Source: Guillardia theta CCMP2712
Taxonomy: Eukaryota > Protista > Cryptophyta
NCBI RefSeq assembly: GCF_000315625.1
Contig: NW_005434655.1
Span: 435,090-484,574, forward strand
Length of the DNA stretch: 49,485 bases
Reading direction: 5' to 3'
Positions 25,432 through 37,187 of this stretch are shown one piece after another. The first letter of the stretch is position 1; the number at the start of each line of letters is the position of its first letter. The notes beneath the pieces were generated by a model that saw only the letters and a list, made by a program, of their open reading frames with translations, searched no databases and was not told where the DNA came from. The translations under genes were made by a program, and so were the position numbers.

Positions 25432-26405
25432 GGTAGAGGCCGACGAGGTTGTTTACTCAACATACAAATTATTTATACTCAACTTGGCCGAATGCTCCGA
25501 GGCGGACTGACCCTCAACAATCGGTGAGTCACTTCCGAGTCAGTCCGAGCCACCCGGTCGGCTGTTCCGGGCCCGGGCCCCGGCCCGGCAGTTGGAATGG
25601 ATACACGATACAAGTCTGGTGACGCCTTTTAAAACGGTCAGAGGATTAAGACTTTCTGGTGTAATCTTTCTATTTAATTTGAAACTTACTTACTTTAATT
25701 TACAACTGAAATTATGAAGCGATACAGCATCCCTGCATATTTCCCCTTCCAACATATGTATTTTCATTAATTAAAATAAAGTTTTAATTGTCAGCCCCTT
25801 CCTCCTTTTGAAGAAGATTCTTTTCGATGTATCGTATTTAGTGCTCGGACACCACCTCCAATCACGATGGGTGGGGTGGGTTAATGTTGCACGGGTGGAT
25901 GTTCTATCAACAATACTCGGTAGGGGTAATATTTCAGTATAAAGGAGGGGTCATAAGTATGTAGGTTGAGAGTAGGGTGGGCGATGATAGGCAAAAGACC
26001 AAATCGAGGGTGGGTGGTGTAAGAACGCGGAAAGCGCAAGCAATGTTACAAGGGGGGGACTGAAGAGGAGTATGAGAGGAGGGGCAGAGGGGAGGGAGGG
26101 CGAAGAGGATAGGAGAAGGGCAGGAGGCGAAGGCCAGGAGAAACTAAGATGTCGGAGGGTAGGGGGAGGCCTTTCAGTCAGAACTTGTGCGAGAGAAAAG
26201 CACGGGATCGTTAGAAAAGGGAACCTGTTGAAGAGAGCATGAAAATCTTCGGTGTGCTTTCCTCGTTTTGAGAATTTTCAATAGGCGGGAGTGGGAGAAA
26301 ATCTTCTTGTATGAGACGAAGTCGCTGCAAAAGTCAACAGTGTATAGTGTGAGGGTTCGATTGCCCCATCAACCTTTTCTTTCTTCCTCTGCTCTCGTGA
26401 CCGCA

Positions 26406-29400
26406 ATGTCGTCGCTAATCAGATTCCTGCTGTTCCTTCTCTTGGTGTTCCCGCATCAAACAGAACAAGGGATGCTAGGAGCCTTGCTGTCTAAGATTGA
26501 TCAAGCTCAGCTCGAGGCCTACGACGCGATGCGCGTGGCCCTCCTGCGGGTGGGGCAGATGTCAAGGGTGGGCATGAGGGAGAAGAACATCTCCTTGCTT
26601 GTTGGAGACACCTCAGTGATCAGGATGCTTGAAGTACATGGCAGCAGTAGCGCCACCAAACAACGAGTCGAGTACGACACCTTCCACTTCATCGTTCAAG
26701 AAATCATCGACGAGGCGCAGGTATCCTGCACTCAATCGAACAGCTCGCTACTGGGCTTCCTCGGCCCAACCAGGAGCTCTGACGTTTACCTGATGAGAGA
26801 CTACGAGGTGAGTCACAACAGTCAAAAGCTCACGATGAGCTTCAGCGCCACCAGCTCGAAACTGTCCAACAAAACCGCGTTCCCCTACTTCTCCCGCGTC
26901 TGCCCCTCCGACTCCCTCCAGTCTCAAGCTCTCTCCGACCTCTTCGTCCAGCTGCAATGGACCGCGTGCCACATCATCGCCTGCCCCGACAGCTACTGCC
27001 AGGGGCTGGCTCAGGGCTTCAAGGAGCAGGCGGCAAGCAAGGGCGTGGCGGTGGAGTCGATGAACGTGTGGGAGTTCAACAACCCGGACGCGACGCGGAG
27101 CTTGCTCAATGACCTGACGTCCAAGTGCGGGGTGACGAGGATCGCGGTGCTGTGTCTGCACACGGAGCAAGGGCTGGAGGTGTTCCAGGCGGCGACGTCA
27201 CTGGGGATCTCGGAGAGGATGGTGTGGGTAGGCAGCGAGTCTGTGAGTACGCTGCCGGCGAGCGAGCTACCGAGGGAGTACGTGGGGCTGAGGGTGGGGC
27301 TGGACCCGAGCAGCAGGGCGTTCGAGGATCTTGTGAGCTTCTGGAGCCAGCAAGACCCCAGCAGCTTCCCGGGGAGGAAGAAGCTGATAGACAACCCGGT
27401 GATCGCGCTGGCACATGACGCGGTGATGGCGTACGGGGAGACGTTCGACCGGATGATCAGAGAGGGGAAGGACGTGTACAAGGTGGAGGAGCTGAAGGCG
27501 AGCCTAGAGAAGGTTTCGTTCGAGGGAGCGACGGGGCTGATCGAGTTCGACAAGCAGCTTGACAGGAAAAATGCATGGTGAGGAGAAGAGGAGTTGGATG
27601 CGATCTGACGTTGGTTCAGGTATGATGTTGTTTACTTGTCTTGTCTTGTCTTGTCTTGTCTTGTCTTTCTTGTCGTGTCTTGTCTTGTCTTGTCTGACGG
27701 CAGGCAGGTACGATATCATTCATACATACAACAACTCGACCAGCGTGCTGACTTACTGGACGCCTGATGGGATGAACTCTGCATCGAACCTGTCAAATTT
27801 CAGAGAGGTGATGGGAACCTCGCTCCAGCTTCCCTGCTCCAAGAAACTCAGTCAGAGCGTCATCATCGTCTCCGTCATCCTCCCCCTCGCCTTCGTGTTG
27901 ACGTTCCTCACCTGCTGCATCTGGCTGGGCCTGCGAGCGAGGAGAGACAAGTACTGGACCATCAACATGTCAGAGATCGAGTTTCCCGCGGACGGAGGAG
28001 TCATCGGACGAGGAGTGTTTGGGGAGGTGATGAAGGCTCAGTACCGAGGGACGACTGTAGCTGTCAAGCGAGCGCTGCCCCAAGTCGACCTGCCGGACGG
28101 CATTTCCTCGACCTCCTCGACCTCCTCCCTCGATGAGACTGCCGTCTACAAGTCCAACTTCCCGGATGCGAAGGCGCGAAACAGCCCTTCATCCTCCATC
28201 TCCGCCATGATGGGGCTCAGTGTGTCCTCGGCACTGACCAGGAGGAGATCGTCCAACGAATCGCTCTCCTCCTCTACTCTCCGCGCCGCCTTCGTGGAAG
28301 AGATGCGGAAGCTCTCTCGTCTGCGGCATCCTTGCATCACGACGGTGATGGGCGCGGTGAAGGGAAACAAGAAGTCGGGCCCGATGCTGGTCATGGAGTA
28401 CATGGAGTTCGGCTCGCTGCATGATATCATTCACAACGAGACCTTCACCATGGACTGCGACATCGTGCTGGAGATCCTGCTGGACATCGTGGAGGGGATG
28501 AACTTTCTTCACTCCTCCATCCCCGTCATCCTCCACGGCGACCTCAAGTCGCACAACATCCTCGTCGACAAGAACCTCCGCGCTAAGGTCGCGGACTTCG
28601 GCTTCACCCAGAAGAAGTCTCTTGGCCTCTACTCTACCAGCTGGATGGCCCCCGAGGTCCTGCGGTACCGCATGCGCGGGCCGGAGGCAGACGTCTACTC
28701 GTTCGCCATCCTCATGTCAGAGATCTTCAGCAGGCGCGAGCCCTACGAGGGGGAGGACCTCCAGCTCGTGCTCGAGCAGGTCGCTGACATCAGCAGGCTG
28801 GAGGACAAGAGGCCAGCTGTGCCCCAGGACATGCCCAAGGAGCTGAGGGGCCTGATGGAAGAGTGCTGGCACAGGACCCCCGACGTTCGCCCTCCCTTTA
28901 GCGAGATCCAGAGGCGGGTCAAGGCCCTGATCATCGTCTACAACCCACGACGACTGAACACCAGCTTCAGCTGGAAGAAGGAGTACTTCCAGCTGAACAG
29001 AGACGCGAGCAGAGCAGACGTCCTTCTCACGCAGATGTTCCCAGCTCACGTGGCGGACGCGCTCAAGAGGGGAGAGAAGGTGAAGCCTGAGGAGAAGGAG
29101 AACGTGACGATCTTCTTCTCCGACATCGTCAACTTCACTTCCATCAGCTCCCGCGTCTCTGCCGACAAGATCTCCCATATGCTCAACACCCTCTACACCG
29201 CCTTCGACGCCCTGGTCGAGAAGCACGGCATCTACAAGCTCGAGACCATCGGCGACGCCTACATGGCTGCTGCCAACCTCGTGCTGCCGCAGGAGGAGGA
29301 CCATGCGCTGAGGGTCGCAGGCTTCGCTCTAGATGCCGTGGAGGCAGCCAGTAACATCCTCCTCGACGATGATCAGCCGCAGCTGGGCACAGTGACGCTG

Positions 29401-30205
29401 CGAGTTGGGATACACAGCGGGCCAGTGGTGGCGAGTCTGATCGGAACTCAGAAGCTCAAGTACACCTTGTTCGGAGACACGATGAACGTCTCCTCGAGGA
29501 TGGAGTCCTCGTCCCTGCCCGGGAAAATCCAATGCTCTAAGGTGACGATTCTTGTCCTCCCCCTCTCGTTCTTCTTCGTCCCTCTCTCCTTCTCACCTCT
29601 CGCTCTCGTTTCACCCATATCTCACATCTCCTCACCTTATCATCAAATCTTCCTCGTTCCTGATTCCTCGCTCGCTCGCGCGCTCCCTCCCTCTCTCCCT
29701 CTCTCTCTCTCCCTCCCTCTCTCCCTCCCTCCCTCCCTCCCTCTCTCTTTCTGTCTCTCCCTCTCTCTCTCTCTCCCTCCCTCCCTCCCTCCCTCTCTCC
29801 CTCCCTCTCTCCCTCTCTCTCTCCCTCTCTCCCTCCCTCCCTCCCTCCCTCCCTCTCTTCCTCCTCTCTCCCTCCCTCTCTCCCTCCCTCCCTCCCTCTC
29901 TCCCTCCCTCTGCTTCGGCTGGTGTGGCTCACTTTCTCTCGCAGGCCACTGCAGAGCTCATCACTCGCCAGAGGGGGGCAGACTCGCACATCATCGTTAC
30001 CGAGAGAGGAGAAATTCCCATCAAGGGCAAGGGCATCATGACCACCTACTGGGTGACCTCTTCATCCCCAGCTTCCTCTTCCCCTCCCACATCCATCACC
30101 CCTCCCTCTCTGCCCCCCTCCCTCCCTCCGGTGCTCGAGAACTCTCTGCAAGACATCGAGATCAAAGTTGGCGAGGGAGAGGTCAGCGTGAGCATCCGGG
30201 AGTGA
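26406..30205 (+). CDS. Receptor-type guanylyl cyclase: signal peptide + ANF-receptor/periplasmic-binding ectodomain + TM + protein kinase + class III cyclase
   Basis: Signal MSSLIRFLLFLLLVF; LGPTRS, SFSATSSKLSNKTAFPYFSRVCPSD, AHDAVMA, FEGATGLIEFD; TM VIIVSVILPLAFVLTFLTCCIWLGL; kinase GRGVFG/VAVK/HGDLKSHN/DFG/APE; cyclase FSDIVNFT, YKLETIGDAYM, RVGIHSGPV, KYTLFGDTMNVSSRMES, IKGKGIMTTYW. Two introns (about 27578-27703/27707 and 29542-29944). Confidence 0.95.
27635..27694 (+). repeat. (TCTTG)n intronic microsatellite
   Basis: Tandem pentamers. Confidence 0.9.
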
Positions 30206-30539
30206 AGGAGGACATTGAAGAAGGATATTGTTTGCATGTAAAATACAAGGTAGATGTACATCACAGCTGAATTACCGCGAGCGTTGAGGGCGAGGACGGG
30301 GCATGGGCAGTGAATGACATACGGCAGGACATACGGGGCAAGAGGGAGGGAGGGAAGGAGAATTGAAGGGAGGAAAGATACAGAGAAGCAGAGGACGCAA
30401 AAGACGAAGGGATTCCCCATAGAGAGGCAATGGCAGTAGCCTCTAGAGCAAACGAGCTCGTTTCAACGTGTAGGTGTTGGACGAAGACGAGGCAAGCAGT
30501 TGAGGTCAGAGTGGTGGAGGGTGACGACGAAGAGCACGA

Positions 30540-30607
30540 GGGAGGGAGGGAGGGAGGGAGGGAGGGAGGGAGGGAGGGAGGGAGGGAGGGAGGGAGGGAG
30601 GGAGGGG
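30540..30607 (+). repeat. (GGGA)n microsatellite
   Basis: Seen directly. Confidence 0.95.
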
Positions 30608-31465
30608 ATTGCGAGGATCTTCCGACATCGTAGAGCAAGGTTTCGGAAGACAAGAATATCAAATATGGCAGCGAAATGTTTGTACCCACTATTTGGATGC
30701 TTTTTGAAGGTACATTTGAAAATTTCTCTAATATTTCTATCTCAAAAACATATTTTTTTCAAAATCTCAAGATTTTCAGGACCCACGAATGAAATTTTGT
30801 TTGGAAATGTTCGTGGGAAAGGGTTTGTGGATGAGCAAGAAAGGGGTGGGGTGGGGTCATGGATGGAAAAGAAGGGGTCCTTTGAGTTTGTTTTAGGTAC
30901 TTGCCCAAGACATGCCATTCCAACTCTGAAAGGGTAGGGTATTTGAAGGTTTATAGTACCGGTATCTTAGCAAGGTCGGTATGGGCATTAAGATGGGGTG
31001 GGGTAGATCGTTTTTATAGGCTGGTCGGTAGGGTACTCGTTTGAAACAGCGCGGGAAGATGGCGAAAGGAGGACATGGAAGGGGAGGGCGAACATGAGGA
31101 ATGAAGACGAGAACGGAAAGTGCTGGTGTGAAGTCAGTACGAGAGAAGGAAAGAGAGCAGGAGAGGAAGTTGAACCAGAAAGATCGAGAAGCATGCACGG
31201 GACGAGTAGCATATGATTGCAAAGCAAGAAACCTGCCAAGTTTTGAGTCAAGACGATTTGTGACTGATTCGGCCTTTCTTTATCTGCTGAGAAATGAGAA
31301 TTTTTGAAGCATGCCACCAGTTGTGTGATGTACTGTGGAGCGCATAAAGGATAGAGGCGTTTGTTTTCAGGAAGCAGATCTAGGTGGATAGGCGAGGAAC
31401 CTAGTGTTCAATTGATGAGCGTTGTAAGTATATAAGAAGCTGAATAGATGGGACAGGTTGAAGGG

Positions 31466-31793
31466 ATGAGTCTGACAACCACCAAGAAGAACGAAGCGTT
31501 TCAATCCACTCCTCTCCGCGATGCCGAGCTGCTCTCGGTCCCAGGGGTTGGCCCTGTGTCAGGTGGGGAGGCTAGTGTCATGCGATGGTTCGAGTGACAC
31601 GACTGCAGCGGACAAGCTGAAGGAGGCGAACATCGACACCGCAGAGAAGCTGATGGGCAACTTCATGGTGATGGGGAGAAGCGAGGAGAAGATGGCCAAG
31701 TGGCTCGAGGATGTGTGCGAGGTGAGGTCCGTGGAGGCCAAGAAGATCTCGGCAGCGCTGGTAGAGAAGGGCGACAAGATCTGCTCTATGTAG
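31466..31793 (+). CDS. BAF: Barrier-to-autointegration factor (BAF/BANF1) homologue, 93 aa, one intron 31563-31608
   Basis: Spliced product MSLTTTKKNEAFQSTPLRDAELLSVPGVGPVSADKLKEANIDTAEKLMGNFMVMGRSEEKMAKWLEDVCEVRSVEAKKISAALVEKGDKICSM aligns by eye without gaps to human BAF (TTSQKH..F..P..LAGIG..KL...D.A..LGQFLV...EWLKDTC). Confidence 0.85.
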
Positions 31794-31889
31794 TCTGCAT
31801 GCTCCTCGTATGTGATGTTAATTCACCGACAAGTGAGCCTCCTGTGTCTACTGCAACCCCACCACGAGTGAGCCGAGCTCATGTCGCAA

Positions 31890-34016
31890 CTAGATGTTGA
31901 AGTCTGCTCCGATCATGATGTGGTCCGAGGGTTCCTGGTCGTTGGGGAGAGGTCCACTTACTTCCTGCCTGCTCACGCGTGAGGAGGTCGCCAGACTCTA
32001 CCGCGTTGACTTGTGGGTACCTGCGAGGCAGCGGTAGACAGCCGACTACCTTCATCCCCGGCCTGCCTGCATCTCAGTTGCTCATCCTTTGCTTCAAGGA
32101 GATCACCTGCAGAAGATGTAGTCGATGGTCTCTATGAAAGGAGGATCCTCGAAAATCTGCACAAAGCAGTGGGAGAGGGCAAACGAGGGTAAGAGAGATG
32201 CAAAAGGAGGATAGCATGGAGGATGAGAGATCGGGGCTGAGGAACACCTGAGCGTAGTTTGTGAAGTCTGGTTCTGAGCCCTAACAAGTCGATTAAGGAG
32301 AGTTGATCGTATTCGCTCAGTTTACGTGGAAGGACGAGTAGACGCTCTCCATCCTCTCCTCGAGTTGCGGAGCCCAAGAGTCTCCAGCTCGGTCAGGAGG
32401 GAAGTCAGGATGCGACGCTTCGAGTCGGCCTGAAAAGGAGGATGATATTCCTCTCCTGGTACAGGAGCAGGGGCGAGGGCAGGTGCAGAACTCAAAGAGG
32501 GGCAGGGATACAATTAAACTTGTAACGACAAGGTCGTGGATGTGAAAAGAAGGGCCCTGAGGTAGAAGCTGAAGAGAATGGAGAAACGAGGAGGTTGTGG
32601 TTCTGGGGAGCTTACCAGACGTTAAGAGGCGATAAGCAGCAGATTGGGGCTGAATGTTGAAATCCCCAGCAAACACCTTCAAAGTATCATCAGAAAGGGA
32701 TAGGGGACTTGAATCCATCACGTAGGGATCTGCTCCTGACAAGCTTTGAACGTGCCGAGCAGCTAGTGCGCTGCGACAAGCGCACATTGATTACGAAACG
32801 AGAAGAGGAGGAGGGGGTTACCTGTGTATGACCATGACCCGCTGGTCCCAGAAGACGCAGGGCATGTGATAGCTGTAAACCAAGTCAACTAAAACTCTGC
32901 CGACACGGCGGCTCACTTGGCAACGCAGAAGGTTTTTGGGGGTTGTTGGGCATCGGACTGAGAATTATCAGGACTGCTGGTTTGCAAATGTAGCTGACCA
33001 CTTTTCTTGACAGTCGAAGGAAGATGCAAGTGTTCTTCCGCTTTCTCGACACCTCCCACGGGCACTGACAACTCGATCAGTCACGTGAAACACGCATCCT
33101 CGCTCATGCTCACTTTATCTCGGGTCGACGACCTCGATGTCCGCAGGAACGGCAGGAAGAAGCCCATCCACGTACTCAGCAACTTGCAGGACGAGTGAGC
33201 GACGAGAATGAAGCGCGGAAACTCACTTTGCCGAAGAAAGAAAACACCCGATGAAACCAATGGGTCGATCGAGTGACCTCTTGCACTGCCAGCATCTCAC
33301 CCCGTGCGTGCCCTTCAGCTCCCTCACCGTTGGGCCACTCCTTCGTGCTCGACACCCTGTGCATATCGACATGAGGAGCGACAGGGTTGGAGGATGAGCC
33401 CTTGCCTGCGGATGTCTNNNNNNNNNNNNNNNNNNNNNNNNNNNNNNNNNNNNNNNNNNNNNNNNNNNNNNNNNNNNNNNNNNNNNNNNNNNNNNNNNNN
33501 NNNNNNNNNNNNNNNNNGCGCAATTATTCTCATACCATGAAGTCGTTGTAAGCTTCACCATACCCCGAATGAATGTAGTTGTACCCACGTTTCTGGAAGA
33601 AGCTGCAAGCAGCTGTTTCAAAATATCTTTCTCCCTCCTCTTCCTCCTCCTCTCCTCCTCCATCTCCCTGACCTTTCCAGCTCTTTGCTCCAAAACTTTC
33701 CAACCTAACGCTGATAAGCTGTGGGGCCACAGACAAAAGATCAAGGACCTCTTGCAGGCAGATGATCGCTTCTTTCTCTACCTGCTCTCCCGTCATTCAC
33801 CACCAGTGTCACACGCACCCGACTCTCCTCCTGCTCCATCTTCAATAATATTCGAGGAAGTCGCACTGCAGCATCGAGGTTTTCGGGTTTGCAGTTCCTA
33901 CACACAGAGGTCAAAGAAGCCACTCTCCATCATGATCCCCTCCCCTACCTGAATCTGTCAGCAGGCGCAAGAGATGAGCATAAGATGTTGTAGGAAACAA
34001 CGCGGAAGTCAGGCAT
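31890..34016 (-). CDS. CCR4/nocturnin/Angel-like EEP (endonuclease/exonuclease/phosphatase) protein; multi-exon, spans a gap
   Basis: MPDFRVVSYNILCSSLA, IICLQEV, YHMPC, FAGDFNIQP, EPDFTNYA, TIDYIF, LPNDQEPSDHIMIGADF*. These are the canonical EEP motifs in order. Confidence 0.9.
33418..33517. other. Assembly gap (100 N)
   Basis: Run of n. Confidence 1.
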
Positions 34017-36871
34017 CTGCTGTCAACGGTGACCTGCAGAAGGAGCTGAAGGTTGCGGGCTGTGGGTTCAAGGCAGAGGCGACAAGGGAGCAATGGACAA
34101 TGGAGGGTATGGATGAGGGAGCCTAGGTTGACCAGGATGAGGGAGTGAAAGAGATAGGGAGGTCTGCAAACAATGAGGAGGGAACAAGGGAGGGAGGTAG
34201 GGTTGGATGGATCTACAAGGAAATGCAGGAGTTCAGAGGAAGGAGCCTCTGCAGGAAAAGGGAGGGAGAGGAAGGGAGGGAGGATGGGGAGGAAGGGAGT
34301 GGACGAGTTCTTCGGAAAGGGAGGGAGGAGGGAGGGTGGATGGTTGGTAGTATTTCAACTTCACCTCAGAATACTAAATAGACGATATTTACGGGCAGTG
34401 TCTAACTACAAGCATGCAGCGGCATGCGAGCAGGTCTGCACGCAGCCCAGGGATGGTGGGAGGGTTGCCAGCATTAGCCAGTTCCAGAGATGTCAGGAGA
34501 GGTAAGCGAAGCAGCCAAAGGAGAGGAGGGAGCAGGTCAGACAACTCCGTGAGCGAAAGAGCAAGCAGCAAGATGGTTGATGCAGGTGTGTCGGAGGTGA
34601 GAACAAGTTATTCGCAAGGTTGATCTCCGCGTGGTCAACCTGGTATACAAGGTTGAAGTACGGCTTTTTCTCAACCATAAGATTACTCTTCAAACCTCAA
34701 GATGATGAGCATCATCAAAAGCTCACAGCATGCATAAAGAACAAGAGCCCTAGTTACATGCTTGTAAAACAGCTTTACTAATGAAAACAGAAGAAACAAC
34801 GTCAAAAATCCTTGTGATGACGGGAAAAACAATACAAATGAAGGAGTCGTTCCTATCGTACAATGAGCCTAGAAATAAACTGATGAATTTAACTGAGCCT
34901 GATGCATCAGTTACTTGCATGACATACATTAATGAATCCCAACTTGATGAGGGGCACCGATCACACATTTCCTGTACTTCCGTGTAGCAACGCCAACGCA
35001 GTAGGGTTCGTACGCAGAGGAAGTTCTGCAGAGCACGTGGTGCTCTTCACTTTCCTCCGAGGTACCCGAAGGAGGATGAGAGATTGCAGTCGAATGAGTC
35101 TTTGCTGCCTGTAATCTGAGCATTCTAGTAGAGACTCCTGGCATTGTGCTCAAGTGCTGTGCAGTAAAAGAGACGATGCGATGAATGCGAGATCGATCTG
35201 AGCTGGTGAGTAAGGTACAAGAAGGATAGCACGGCTTCAATGGGTACAAGGCAGACAAAGATCCAAGTTGCTGATTTTGCCTCACGAAGGTCGAATTCTT
35301 GTTATGTTGCGTTTAATAAGGTTGTAGTCGATGTGCTTGTGCTTGTGCTTGTGCTTGTGCTTGTGCTGTTACTTGACTGAGCTTGCTTGATGCTGATGCT
35401 GTTGAAGGCTCTCCGATGCCGCTCTGTCGCCTCAGTTCAGGGTTTTTACTTTGAGCAACGAGAGGGAGAGGGGTGGGTGATCGAACCAAGAGGGGTAGTA
35501 TAACATTTGGGGTGGGTACCACTTGACCACGGGTAGTGCTAGGGTCACGATATTCTATTTGATTTGAAATTCAAGACAATATATTGTTTTGGTAATATTT
35601 CAAGTTTTGTTTGTAATTTCAAAGTAGTTTTCAAAGTAGCCTACTTCAGAAAAAGTTCCCACATTACCCACCAGGTTTGAAATCTGATCGGATGTTCCAC
35701 AGAGGGGGTGGGTCATCGCAGGAGGGGTTGAACGAGATGGTCCTTCCCTATGACTCAACGTAAGTCAGCAGACCTCCTTTGCTCTCTTCTAAAACACTTA
35801 TAAAGTACCCCACCCCCAACTGGACCCACCTCCGGTTCAACCCTTCCATGACCCACAATGTGCAACCGATGTCAAAAAGCAGTGCCCAGCCTTTGCCAAA
35901 TGGTTTCATGTATGTGCCCATGCTCGTCTATTTCTTATGTATGATAATAATGTGATGTTCACCATGGGCCTCCTGACCGATTATAGACCCAACTTTTGGT
36001 GACCCCCTATCACCCTTCACGATGACCACCCTTCGATTTTAGTCCCCTCCATCCATATCCCTTCATCACCAACAAACAACCATGGGGGATGGGGGTGGAT
36101 ACTCGCCGATCTTATCTCGAGAGTGCACCCCCCTTTTCCCCCATTGATTCAGGGGTAATGAAAAAAAGTCAGGGTCAGCGAATATCTGTCCGAAATCTGA
36201 ACCACCATGTCAATGGAATGAGTGGGTGGGGTGAGGTACCCTACGTCGATCTGAAAATGAAAGTTTCAAATATGTAACATGCTCAAGATCTAATTCCAAA
36301 TTTTGTGGTGAAAATATTAACAAATATTTCATAAAATAACCCTTGATTTGATTGAACCCACTCAATCATTTAACCCACTCAGTTGATTTCTTGCAGCCTG
36401 ATCTGGAAGCTCCTCCACGTTGCCTTTTTAAACCGTGATTGTTTTATTCATAATACTAGATATAAAATTACGAATGATTGTAGTTTCACCATGGACTGTG
36501 TACCATGATCCCCTGGTCAAACCAAGGAATAAATCCTTTTAAGCCCCCTTGACCCTCTGGTCAAACCTCCCCGACTCGTTGAAGTTAAACAGCAGCTTGC
36601 CAGGTAGGGGTCATTAAATTCAGTATCTTTACCCCCTTATTTCAGGCTAAATGAACGGGTAATGAGTATTTGAGTGGGGGTGGTCATCAGGGGTGGAGTT
36701 AGATAAGACGATTAGCTCTTGCTCCCCGATCCTATATCTCCTGTCCTCTCTTGTTCAGCGACAGCAACAGTTGCTATCGTCCTTCGTGAACCCTTCTGTT
36801 TCCTCTACTCCCTCCCCTTACAGTCTCCTCCCCTTCCATTGATTCAGCGTCCATCACCGAAGTAGCCAAAG

Positions 36872-37096
36872 ATGCCAGGGATTTCATACATGTACAAGAA
36901 GATGAACAAGCACAGCGCGAGACAGAGCGCGACAGCGAGCTCGAGCTCCACCTCAAGCAGATCGTCGTCCTCCTCCAATGGGGAAGTGAGAGAAGGATCC
37001 TTGCTCTCCAGCTGCAGGACCAAACATGTGCTCGTGAGTGCGAGCTTTCCGATTACAAGAGCGAAGCTCGTCTCGGAGGTCTCACCCCGAGAGTGA
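36872..37096 (+). CDS. Possible small Ser-rich protein (74 aa), unknown function
   Basis: ATG-initiated ORF MPGISYMYKKMNK...RAKLVSEVSPRE. It is preceded by an intron-like segment (gtgaac...ttacag, about 36786-36823) and a GGGGT field, and converges on the CCA gene. No recognisable domain. Confidence 0.3.
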   Translation: MPGISYMYKKMNKHSARQSATASSSSTSSRSSSSSNGEVREGSLLSSCRTKHVLVSASFPITRAKLVSEVSPRE

Positions 37097-37187
37097 AGAA
37101 CAATGTGTCTCAGTCTTTTCCTTTATTCTTTCCCAACATGTAGATTATAATGAACTGTTATGACTTGAGTTTTGCTCTTGTCCTCTA

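Noticed and set aside
29542-30270. Pro/Ser/Leu-rich C-terminal tail of the 903-aa ORF
   Set aside because: Read-through of a CT-repeat intron (about 29542-29944); the true last exon is in another frame and contains IKGKGIMTTYW.
34389-35522. Protein-coding gene in the short ORFs here
   Set aside because: Plausible splice sites on both strands, but no consistent frame or recognisable domain.
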